44,896 nucleotides of DNA, from positions 1 through 44,896 of the forward strand of contig JBAXBA010000025.1 of the NCBI GenBank assembly GCA_037142195.1. Direction: 5' to 3'. The notes beneath the pieces are model-generated. The model searched no databases, was not told the origin of the DNA, and saw only the letters and a list, made by a program, of their open reading frames with translations. This DNA comes from Pseudomonadota bacterium (lineage in GTDB: Bacteria > Bdellovibrionota_B > Oligoflexia > Oligoflexales > CAIMVM01). Positions 36,269 through 44,896 of this stretch are shown here, one piece after another. Within the stretch, counting starts at the first letter, position 1; each line of letters begins with the position of its first letter. The translations under genes and the position numbers were made by a program.

Positions 36269-38066
36269 AAGTCAGCCTTAAGGTGTCACCATCTTGGTCT
36301 TGAATCAGGTTGAAATTTGTTTTTCTTTTGTGTGTAAAATTTAAAATAAAGTTAAATATAGGGTCGTCACTTTGTTTAAAGTCTGTCGACGCGATGGTGC
36401 TCCAGTCTGGAACAACAGTCGTGGAAATCCACTCTAGTGTGACTATATCCCCTTCAGAATGTAAGGAAAAAAATAGAGACGAATTTTTAGGTGCTAAAAA
36501 CCCAAGACTTGAAACTAATGTTACGAGCAACTTGCGGTCGTCAATAAGCGGAGAGAGAATCTCGAGTTCGTAATGAAAGTCTAAAGATCTTCTTTTGAAC
36601 AAAGATTTTACATCAAATCGGAGATCGTCTTCGAGGCGGTCAGTGGGAATCGCTTCATAGGAGATGTGTCCTTCATCGAGTCGCGTGCTACTTAAAATCG
36701 CCCGTATTGCCATTTGCATGTCAGCAAGATAATAACTGATATCAAGAAAAGGCTTTGGATCTGTCGGACTGTTCTTCAATATTCTCTCACATAAAACTTT
36801 TATCTTGGCAACGGGAGTATTTAAGTTGTGACTAATAAGCGAAATGAAGTTGTATTTGATATCAACTTTACTCAGTAAGAATTTTTCTTTGTCGTGGGCG
36901 GCTTTGTATCTGGAATATTCCAGTGCATACTTTACAAATCCTCCACCTGTTAAACAAAGTACGCCTAAGAAAATACAGTCGTAGTCAGGGAAGTATAGAT
37001 TGAAATGCTTAATTGAAACAATATTGCCAAAAACAATAATAAACGCGGAACTCAGAAAGAAAGTCGTTGCAAATGCAATGCTAAAGTTGAACAGAAAGAG
37101 AAGCAGTAATAGGGGAATGCCATAGGTCAAGGATAAGGCTATGTCGCTTCTAACAACGGATATCCAGCCATGACTCAGAATGTTTTCGACACTTAGGCCC
37201 AAAAACTCATGGATAGGAGTACCGTTTGCTCGTAAAGGTTTGCTTTGACTATCGTATAGCGACGGAACACGAGCGATATCCTCTGGAGCAGTCATGCCCG
37301 AAGAACCCTGCAATAAGTCTGTACCTAAAAAGACAATTTTATTTCGGATTGTTTCAGGTGGTAGGGCATCGATATCTCTATAGCTATAGACAGGTATTGA
37401 GCCTCTTTTAAGAGGTGTGAATATGTAAGATGGATTTGCATTCGGCAGCAAATTACTTAAACTTCTATTAGAAACATCGCCATAGGTTTCAGCTAACTTC
37501 TGAATCGCTAAATAGCTCCAATTAGGATTGTAAGGGCAGACGGTTCTACTTTTGCCATTACAAAAGTCAGCTACTAAAACTTCAAAAACACCAGGAAAAT
37601 CTTTCTTCAATACCTCTGCTCGGTCAAAAGATGAGATTACTGATAGCTTCGATTTTTGAGGAAAAGTGTCTAAAATATCTCTAACTTCCGAGGATGTGGG
37701 ATCGTTTGGGAAAAACCAATGCAAGTAGACGTGATTGGGGTCTAGTTTCAGTATTTTTTTAGCAATTTTTAAGTGATCTGCTAGAGATATGTTTTGAACC
37801 GGACCAGACTTTTTTAAATCAAATTGGCTCAAGTCAGAATCATTCAAAGAAAACGCAACTACACTTCGTGTTAGATTGCTGCGCCCACCTGCGAGAGAAA
37901 GTTCAAATTCTAATAGATCTAATTTCTGAAAGGTAGATTTTTGAGAGTTCCCTGTAAGTTCCATAGTGAAATTGCCATAGAAAACCCAAACTGTCCCCAT
38001 AAGTACTAAAACTACAAAGGAAAGTGGGTAAATAATTTTGATCCATGCCAAAAAAAAATTCTTCAT
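36243..38066 (-). CDS. CHASE2-like sensor histidine kinase-like protein with His box but degenerate ATPase domain
   Basis: N-terminal TM, NKIVFLG and GTPIHE CHASE2-like motifs, TMs, FISLISHNLNTP; no N, G1 or G2 boxes. Confidence 0.75.
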   Translation of the reverse strand: MKNFFLAWIKIIYPLSFVVLVLMGTVWVFYGNFTMELTGNSQKSTFQKLDLLEFELSLAGGRSNLTRSVVAFSLNDSDLSQFDLKKSGPVQNISLADHLKIAKKILKLDPNHVYLHWFFPNDPTSSEVRDILDTFPQKSKLSVISSFDRAEVLKKDFPGVFEVLVADFCNGKSRTVCPYNPNWSYLAIQKLAETYGDVSNRSLSNLLPNANPSYIFTPLKRGSIPVYSYRDIDALPPETIRNKIVFLGTDLLQGSSGMTAPEDIARVPSLYDSQSKPLRANGTPIHEFLGLSVENILSHGWISVVRSDIALSLTYGIPLLLLLFLFNFSIAFATTFFLSSAFIIVFGNIVSIKHFNLYFPDYDCIFLGVLCLTGGGFVKYALEYSRYKAAHDKEKFLLSKVDIKYNFISLISHNLNTPVAKIKVLCERILKNSPTDPKPFLDISYYLADMQMAIRAILSSTRLDEGHISYEAIPTDRLEDDLRFDVKSLFKRRSLDFHYELEILSPLIDDRKLLVTLVSSLGFLAPKNSSLFFSLHSEGDIVTLEWISTTVVPDWSTIASTDFKQSDDPIFNFILNFTHKRKTNFNLIQDQDGDTLRLTFNQANPIP

Positions 38067-39922
38067 TTTCGTATCACCCTAAGTATGAAGTCCGTTCCTT
38101 TCTCAGGACCGTCTCGTACGTCTATCTTGAGGGCCAATGCGTCCGCAAAGAATTTTGATAAATAGAGACCTAGGCCCGTGCCTTTGACTGTGAATGCGCG
38201 ATCGTCTTTGATTCTGTAGAATTTTTCAAAAATCTTTTCTTTAAAGTCATCATGGATTCCTGGTCCTTCATCTCGAATGACAAGTGATTGAATGACTTCT
38301 GTATTCTGAAAAGAAAAGATCGTAACTTTGGAGTTTGCGGGTGAATACTTTATAGCATTGCTGAGCAAATTAAATAGAATAGGTTCTAAGTAGACCTCAT
38401 CGCTTTTGATCATAGTTTGGTCTTTAAGATTGATTTTCACCTCAATCCCTTTTTGGCTTGCTCCAATTTGTGATGTCAGTTTTTCTAGAATGGGAACGAT
38501 TCGTACTAACTTAAAATGGGTGAGGCCTGGACTGTTTTTATTTAAAGTTACAAGGGTATTTATGTTTTTGAGATACTCAATGAGCTCCTCGCCGCTTGAA
38601 ACCAGATCTTTAAGAAACTCTAAATTTTCGGCAGAGATATCGGAAGTCGCGGATTTAGCGGAATCTAATATGTGGGAAGTTTGATTCATGAGGCGCCTAC
38701 TAAATTGATCTAAAAATCTTTCGTGCAATTTTGAGAGATTATCATGAGCTTTGATTTCGATGCGCGATTTCAAATTTGAGGCAATCACTCGAGTTGTTGA
38801 GTTGAATGCTCCAATAGCAGAAAAAATAATGCCATAGACTGTGACTCTTGCCATGGGAACTTCAAATCCCAATGTAGATTCTAGGAGAGCGGTTGTACCA
38901 ATTATAGAAACAAAGACTCCTAAGCTTATGATAACCGCAGCGACTGGTGGGAAGCTCCAAACTCGATAGGCACCAATGCAGATGATTAAAAGGAAAGCCC
39001 AAGAAATGAGACTTGAAATAGGCACCAAAGATTTCTCATGAAGTAAATTATCTATGGCAACTGCTTGAATTAAGGGCACAGGCGTGCCGGAAGATCCCAG
39101 CTCATTGCTGCCATCTGAATCCTGAAACGGAGTGTTTCCAAAAGTAGCTTCGGGCCCCCCAGGAATTCTTTTTCGATAGTTGTCAAAGTAGAAGATTACA
39201 ATTTTTTTTGTAAGGTCTAATTCCGCGAGGGACTCGAGAGGTACTTCATGCAGCAAATTGGGGCGGAAGTAGTTTAACTTCAATTCAGGGAGTCGAGGAT
39301 TAAATTCTCTCGAGCCTTCTTCAAATTTGGCGCTGTTCCATATGTAGTCAGCAGTTACAGAAGAAATTCTTTCTTGGAGTCTTTGGGCTGCCTCTTTTTC
39401 TAGTGCCGCGCCGGCCACAGCGGGAGCAAGGGTTGAGTAGGACTTCCCGCTAAGTTGATCCGTCAAAGGAACTGCGACGATCGTATCTCTATTATATTCG
39501 CGACTTGTTTGAGCAGCTCTCAGCTGAGGCAATACAGGGGCTGAAACACTCCTAAAGAGAGAGTCGTCATTCATACTTCCTATCAATCCTAGGAATAGGT
39601 TTTTCTTTGAGGTCAGGGTTTCAGACAGTCTATCTAAATCATGCTTCGAGGCGCTGATTTCCCGTCCCTGAACAAAAAAAACAGCGGCAGAAATGTTTTT
39701 TGTTTTTAATTTCGAAAATGCGTCAATAATTGAGGATGTAACATTGCTCTCTTCTTTTTTTAATTTAACTACAATGAGACGATCTGAGGGAGTAGAAAAA
39801 TGAAGCTGAGCTCGCATTCTAAAGGCAATTAAATCTAACTCCTCACCGATTTCAGGCCTGGACTCAAAAAAAGCGACTAAAATCGCTAGAAAAATGAAGA
39901 CAACAACAGATGAGTATTTCAT
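38063..39922 (-). CDS. CHASE2-like sensor histidine kinase-like protein with intact HATPase but no canonical His
   Basis: N box NLLSNAIKYS, G1 DEGPGI, F KIFEKFYR, G2 GTGLGL; H-box position reads FLDQFSRRLMNQ. Confidence 0.85.
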   Translation of the reverse strand: MKYSSVVVFIFLAILVAFFESRPEIGEELDLIAFRMRAQLHFSTPSDRLIVVKLKKEESNVTSSIIDAFSKLKTKNISAAVFFVQGREISASKHDLDRLSETLTSKKNLFLGLIGSMNDDSLFRSVSAPVLPQLRAAQTSREYNRDTIVAVPLTDQLSGKSYSTLAPAVAGAALEKEAAQRLQERISSVTADYIWNSAKFEEGSREFNPRLPELKLNYFRPNLLHEVPLESLAELDLTKKIVIFYFDNYRKRIPGGPEATFGNTPFQDSDGSNELGSSGTPVPLIQAVAIDNLLHEKSLVPISSLISWAFLLIICIGAYRVWSFPPVAAVIISLGVFVSIIGTTALLESTLGFEVPMARVTVYGIIFSAIGAFNSTTRVIASNLKSRIEIKAHDNLSKLHERFLDQFSRRLMNQTSHILDSAKSATSDISAENLEFLKDLVSSGEELIEYLKNINTLVTLNKNSPGLTHFKLVRIVPILEKLTSQIGASQKGIEVKINLKDQTMIKSDEVYLEPILFNLLSNAIKYSPANSKVTIFSFQNTEVIQSLVIRDEGPGIHDDFKEKIFEKFYRIKDDRAFTVKGTGLGLYLSKFFADALALKIDVRDGPEKGTDFILRVIRK

Positions 39923-41268
39923 TACAGACTTTCAAGTAGCTTAGGATCTTGTGCTTTTATTGCTAGATATGCCTCTAAGGCAAGACTGAGCTCTATTTCT
40001 TGCAATCTGCAAAATATCACGCTCGGTTCAAACCAGGAGCCATGCTTGAGTTTATTTTCCTGAAAGCATCCACCCCTACAGTATTTTTGCATCCAACAGG
40101 TGTTGCAAGGTGCATGATTGCCTGAACGATAGTTCTGGAATTGTTCTAGTTTTTTCAAATCAAGCCCTGATTTTACATCGCCAATCTTTTCTTCTGCTGA
40201 TTCAGTAAATCGATGACAAAGGAAATATTCACCTTTGGTCGATACAGACATATATCCAATTCCCGCGCCGCAAGTCATGCGATTTACATAACCCCGGTGT
40301 ATAATGCGCAAGCTCGCCGCAATATTTGTAATGCGAAGTAGTGTTTTGAAGTCTTTCTTTTCAACGAGGTTGTGAACCGTTTTCGATAAGGCAGCACCCA
40401 AGAGCTCCACATCTTGTTCATCAATAGACTGACTTATATCGGAACTTGCTACTTTAGAGTAAGAAAGTTTTGCGGAAAAATCTGAGAGTATTCCCTCAAT
40501 TGATTCTGCAAAATCATGTACAGCATTCTTGCTAAATGTAGCCCGAATGCTCATGTGTAGTTCCTCGAGCTCGTCTTTAAATTTTATCATTTTCTTTTTT
40601 ACTAGCTCTGCGGCATTTTGCTTCTTGTCCATCAAGAGGCGCTGTTTTGCTTGAGCTTTATCGCCGTCATAGGAAATCTTGATTGAGACGGCGTGGTCTT
40701 TGAGAAATTTTAGTTGGGTTGAGTTTAAAAGTGTAGCATTGGTGGTCATTCCAAAAGTGTAAGAGGTTTCTTTATTTTGCTCACACCAAGCCACTACGGC
40801 TTTGATAAGTGGAAAATTTAAAAGAGGTTCTCCACCAAAAAAAGCGATATGAAAACGTTTCTTTCCTTCGGAAAGGCTTTTAACAGCTTTAATGGCAAGG
40901 TCGGAGTGCATAGTGGAATCATGTCCATAGTTGCCGTCACCTGCATAGCAGTAGGTGCAACGAAGGTTGCAGCTTTCTTCAACATTTAAGGCGATCGATA
41001 CAATGTTGATGGGCTCCTTAGTTAAGGGAATCCCGGGGCCTAGGGTCTCATGGGCTCTTTGTAAGAAAGATGTGACTTCTTGCGGGATGGTCCGCGGTGC
41101 TTCTGAGGGATCTAAGGGCTCAAAAGAGTCAAAAACTTTCCTTTCCACTTCAATAATCGTGGAAGTTGGCAAATGGAGTAGGGCGTACTGCTTTCCATTG
41201 GAAAACGGCTTCCATGGTAACAATTGACTACCGGGGCTCCATAATTTATCCAGCAAAGGAAACCTCAT
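39922..41268 (-). CDS. Radical SAM/SPASM domain peptide or protein maturase with N-terminal RRE-like region
   Basis: CNLRCTYC, FFGGEPLL, SPASM cysteines CGAG...LCHRF...CNTCWMQKYCRGGC...C. Confidence 0.92.
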   Translation of the reverse strand: MRFPLLDKLWSPGSQLLPWKPFSNGKQYALLHLPTSTIIEVERKVFDSFEPLDPSEAPRTIPQEVTSFLQRAHETLGPGIPLTKEPINIVSIALNVEESCNLRCTYCYAGDGNYGHDSTMHSDLAIKAVKSLSEGKKRFHIAFFGGEPLLNFPLIKAVVAWCEQNKETSYTFGMTTNATLLNSTQLKFLKDHAVSIKISYDGDKAQAKQRLLMDKKQNAAELVKKKMIKFKDELEELHMSIRATFSKNAVHDFAESIEGILSDFSAKLSYSKVASSDISQSIDEQDVELLGAALSKTVHNLVEKKDFKTLLRITNIAASLRIIHRGYVNRMTCGAGIGYMSVSTKGEYFLCHRFTESAEEKIGDVKSGLDLKKLEQFQNYRSGNHAPCNTCWMQKYCRGGCFQENKLKHGSWFEPSVIFCRLQEIELSLALEAYLAIKAQDPKLLESL

Positions 41269-41392
41269 ATTAATAATATCAGCCTCTTAGGGCTACGTTT
41301 GATACATAGCCTAGGGACTTAACGATGTCTATGCAAGTTCTATGCTGAAAATGTATAATAAACTGGAAATTCTTGAAATAGGTGAGGCCATG

Positions 41393-42685
41393 ATGAAAGC
41401 ATTTCTAGTCCCTTTCTCTTTTGGGATGTTGTTCACAAGCTATGCATCCTTTGCAGGCTCTGGCTCTCTTCCTAGAGCAAAGCTTGCCGTTCCTGGGTCC
41501 AGTGGGCATAAAGAAGAGAAGCCGGCGGGTTCGACTGCTTTAGCTCCGGCTAATGCAGCTCCAGCTAATGTAGCTCCGGCAACAGCAGCCCAAACGATAC
41601 CTGGCTCCTGTCAGTCTTTTTTTGCAAGCGCTCTGGGCTCTAAAGGATTTATCTCTGAGGATGGCAAATTCTATTATCAGCTTTATACATTGGAAAAAAT
41701 GGGAAGTGCCTTTCGACAAGCTTTTGAGGAAATAGATTTAACTACATTTAAGCGAAAAGACTTACTTGCCTTCAATTTTCCGCTTGTTGACATTGTTTCC
41801 TATGACAGCAGAGCCCAAGGAGAGGGTGTTAGCTTTGTAACTTTTGACAATAATCAAGACAATTGCTATTCGGGTTCTGCTACCATGATATCGATTCCAA
41901 TTAAACGTGATCTTATTTCAGATAAGTCAGAAATTAAAAAAGAACAAGGTAAAATTTCTTCTCTCATAGATTTAAGTCTCATTTGGAATTTTTACGATCT
42001 CACTGCCAATAGTTTGTTTGAGATGTCTTACAACCCTTTTTTGAAAAGACGATTGAGTTTTCCTGTGCAGCAAAATCAGAGAATCATTTTCATTGGGCAA
42101 GGCAAGATTAAGCGTCCCTTCATTACCTTGAAAGATCGGGACCCGAAGGATCAAAAAAGCGCACCTACACTTACGAATTATGATATGAATGGAAATGAAG
42201 TTGGCCAGATAAAATTGCGAGAAAACGAAAAAATATTGTTTGAGAGACAGGGGAATATAGGCACCGTGGTTTTCGAAAAGAAGGGACTTAACTTTGAAGT
42301 TAATGAGTTTAAAAGTTGGGGGTCGGGAAGTCGCGATCAAGCATTTAAAGCATCCTTTCCAGTTGGTTTTTTACCCTCTCAGTCAAATTTTTTGGTGAAT
42401 TTCCAAAAACGAATCATCGTGGGATATCCTGCTTCAAGTTTCTTTAAATCCAGATGGCCTAGCATTCTCATTTTTGACTACGAGACTGGAAAAGAATTGG
42501 GTCGAATCCTATTTAAAGATGGTGTCGTTGGACAGGTGTCGATGAATCATGATGGAACCAAAATTGTGGCTGAAGAAATCGATGGGAATACCCTCATTCG
42601 TAAATCGTTAGTTCTCTATGACATAACTAGTAAAAAATCGACTATTATTGGAAAAACGATTGATAAATCAGGTAAGTCTCGCTGA
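41393..42685 (+). CDS. Secreted hypothetical protein (Ala/Pro linker, beta-rich, possibly propeller-like)
   Basis: GAGG SD, signal peptide ending ASFA, APANA repeats; TATAAT at 41354 argues for start 41390/41393. Confidence 0.7.
   Translation: MKAFLVPFSFGMLFTSYASFAGSGSLPRAKLAVPGSSGHKEEKPAGSTALAPANAAPANVAPATAAQTIPGSCQSFFASALGSKGFISEDGKFYYQLYTLEKMGSAFRQAFEEIDLTTFKRKDLLAFNFPLVDIVSYDSRAQGEGVSFVTFDNNQDNCYSGSATMISIPIKRDLISDKSEIKKEQGKISSLIDLSLIWNFYDLTANSLFEMSYNPFLKRRLSFPVQQNQRIIFIGQGKIKRPFITLKDRDPKDQKSAPTLTNYDMNGNEVGQIKLRENEKILFERQGNIGTVVFEKKGLNFEVNEFKSWGSGSRDQAFKASFPVGFLPSQSNFLVNFQKRIIVGYPASSFFKSRWPSILIFDYETGKELGRILFKDGVVGQVSMNHDGTKIVAEEIDGNTLIRKSLVLYDITSKKSTIIGKTIDKSGKSR
41543..41587 (+). repeat. 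In-frame 15-bp degenerate repeat x3 (APANA/APANV/APATA)
   Basis: GCTCCGGCTAATGCA GCTCCAGCTAATGTA GCTCCGGCAACAGCA. Confidence 0.8.
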
Positions 42686-43250
42686 AAATTCCATAGGTTA
42701 TTGTCCATCTGGAATTTCTTGGTAATGAATTAAAATGAGACATGGTTCCTGTATGACGCAGGTGTAGTTGAAAGTCTGTTTTGACGGGACCGGACGAATT
42801 CCAGAAAGTGAACATTTCTATTGCGGCGTATAAGAGAGTGCATTTTTCTTTTCGGGTATATTAAAGCTAAACTTTGACTAGACTTAGAAATGCCAACCTT
42901 ACTATTTTTTTTCGAAGTATTACTTGGTTCTAAGAATTTCTCAAATTTGGGAATAGAAAAAGCACATGTTTAATTTAGGTGCATCCATAAAGTTAGGAAC
43001 TAAGTTATGGCTTTTCACTTTTGAGGCGTATGATATAAAGATCCTTTCTTTTCACGAATCTATTGAGGTATGGAGTTTTTGGGAAGCAGGATTTGGTTGT
43101 TGGAAACTCTTGGCCGTCATCAAAGTGGAGTTGCTTTTCAAGGGATTGCTAGACAGTCCGGGTGCCCAATTCACCAATTGCAGGTAAAGTAAACTACGTT
43201 TGTCTTCGCACTGTTTTAAGTTAAACTGCAGTTAATTCTTGGAGATTTTG

Positions 43251-44318
43251 ATGATGCAGCTTCTTTATAATCTTATGTTGACAGTTTCTTTGATATCGAT
43301 GAATCCCTCCGTTGCCCATGCCGGCGATGAGGCAGGATCGGAGGCTGCGTCCCAAGGGGAAACTGCCAATCAAAATGGCGAGTCTGCCTCAGTGGCTTCT
43401 TCATCAAATTCTGAGTCCGTTCCATCAAGTAAGAGTGACACTGCAAGCATGGGACAATCGCCCAAAGGTTTTAAAAGTGTGATTACTCCCTTACAGGCGA
43501 TGATCTTAGGGTTGGTGGAAGGAATTACAGAATATTTGCCTGTTTCCTCAACGGGGCATTTGGTGATTGCGAGTGAGTTGATCGGTGTTAGAAGTGCCTC
43601 CCTGTCCAAAGATGAAGTTGAAGCTGTAGAAGCATTTGAGATTGTCATTCAAGGAGGAGCTATACTTGCGGTTCTATTGCTCTACTTTGGGAAATTGAAA
43701 TTGATGGTTCGTGGGCTTTTAGGCAAGTCTCCGGAAGGGCTAAGACTTTTTGTAAATATTGTAGCAGCCTTTATCCCAACAGCGGTTTTAGGCTTGCTGT
43801 TCAATAGGGTCATAAAAGAACATCTTCAGCATCCCGGGCCAGTTATTGGCGCGTTGGCAGTCGGGGGCATATTGATGATTTGGTTTGACCGCTCGGATAA
43901 GGCTCAAAATTCTCGAAGATACGGAAGAAATATAGGAGAAATAACGATAGTTACAGCGATTGCAATTGGCTTGTTTCAAAGTATTGCCATGTGGCCCGGT
44001 ACCAGTCGATCGATGATGACCATTATGGGCGGGATGTTGCTGGGACTTAATCCTATAGCGAGCGCCGAGTTTTCTTTTCTATTAGGACTGCCGACTCTAC
44101 TTGCTGCTACCCTGTTCAAGAGTCTCAAAGAGGGCCATGTCCTATTGGCCCACGTGAGTCCTTCTTCCATGGCATTAGGAATGATTGTCGCAGCAGTTAG
44201 TGCTTTTCTTGCTGTTCGAGGGTTTGTGTCTTGGCTTAACAAACATGGACTCGCGCCATTCGGGTACTATCGAATCGTGATTGCAGTAGTGTTGATTTTT
44301 ATTTTAGGTGGCAAGTAG
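43251..44318 (+). CDS. uppP: Undecaprenyl-diphosphate phosphatase (BacA) with N-terminal extension
   Basis: EGITEYLPVSSTGHL, FEIVIQGGAILAV, PGTSRS, AEFSFLL; GGAG SD before ATG 43251. Confidence 0.92.
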   Translation: MMQLLYNLMLTVSLISMNPSVAHAGDEAGSEAASQGETANQNGESASVASSSNSESVPSSKSDTASMGQSPKGFKSVITPLQAMILGLVEGITEYLPVSSTGHLVIASELIGVRSASLSKDEVEAVEAFEIVIQGGAILAVLLLYFGKLKLMVRGLLGKSPEGLRLFVNIVAAFIPTAVLGLLFNRVIKEHLQHPGPVIGALAVGGILMIWFDRSDKAQNSRRYGRNIGEITIVTAIAIGLFQSIAMWPGTSRSMMTIMGGMLLGLNPIASAEFSFLLGLPTLLAATLFKSLKEGHVLLAHVSPSSMALGMIVAAVSAFLAVRGFVSWLNKHGLAPFGYYRIVIAVVLIFILGGK

Positions 44319-44320
44319 CC

Positions 44321-44896
44321 TTATTTTATCAATAGCTTTTTAAGAGTGCTGATGGCCTCGGGCGTTAAATTTTCGTTTTGAAGTCTCATATGACTGGAAA
44401 GCTTATGAAACCAAGTGCACTGCCTTTTTGCCAATTGACGAGTTGCAAAGAGGATTTGATCTTGAAGTTGGCCAAATGCGAGATCTCCTTCAAGAAAAGC
44501 CAACACTTGTTTGTAGCCTATGGTTGAGAACGGCTTTGCTGTAGAAGGGGTTCCGCTAGTTAGGATCTCCTTGACCTCTTCTATGAGTCCTTCCTCTAAC
44601 ATTTTTTCAGTGCGAGATGCGATTCTTTGGTGAAGAATTTTGCGATCAGGGTCGATGGTAATGATGAAGGCGTCTTGTTGACTTTCTTTGGAGGGAGTCT
44701 TAGTTAGCTCAGTCAGGGTTTTCCCAGTTAGGGTGAAAATCTCTAGGGCTCGTGCAAGCCGAAAGTGATCATTTTTATGAATTTTGAGTGCTCGCTCCGG
44801 ATCAACTATTTGGAGTCTTTTGAAGAGTTCATCATTACTAAGAGCCGAAAGTTCTGATCTTAAAGCAGGAGAATGAGGTAAGTCATGGAATTTTTC
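44321..44896 (-). CDS. miaA: tRNA dimethylallyltransferase, 3' part (truncated by window edge)
   Basis: Frame open to the window end: IHKNDHFRLARALEI, MLEEGLIEEV, IGYKQ, TRQLAKRQCTWF. Confidence 0.93.
   Translation of the reverse strand, partial: EKFHDLPHSPALRSELSALSNDELFKRLQIVDPERALKIHKNDHFRLARALEIFTLTGKTLTELTKTPSKESQQDAFIITIDPDRKILHQRIASRTEKMLEEGLIEEVKEILTSGTPSTAKPFSTIGYKQVLAFLEGDLAFGQLQDQILFATRQLAKRQCTWFHKLSSHMRLQNENLTPEAISTLKKLLIK

Overview
Mostly core and accessory chromosomal DNA from a flagellated Gram-negative bacterium. The short flagellin, CHASE2 proteins and secreted hypotheticals suggest Bdellovibrionota/Oligoflexia, but this is inference. In order: a MntA/HepT toxin-antitoxin pair, an 11-bp tandem repeat, a lipoprotein/beta-barrel pair, a CHASE2 adenylate cyclase, a galactoside locus (GH42, galK, galT, GH36, sugar ABC) interrupted by a putative Cys-His peptidoglycan hydrolase lipoprotein, a BtuFCD-like ABC transporter, fliC-GNAT-fliD-fliS-flgE, gloB-plsC-coaBC, two beta-barrels, pfkA, an AstE/AspA-like enzyme, uppP and a partial miaA. 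The most striking element is a translationally coupled operon at 36243-41268: an RRE-like radical SAM/SPASM maturase followed by two CHASE2-like sensor kinases with complementary defects. One keeps the His box but has lost the ATP-binding motifs; the other keeps the ATPase motifs but has Arg at the His position. This suggests an obligate heterodimeric kinase tied to peptide modification. Also notable: two unannotated, very basic small proteins (54 and 33 aa) with expression signals, an archaeal-type CoaBC, and GGA-rich intergenic regions that may encode sRNAs.
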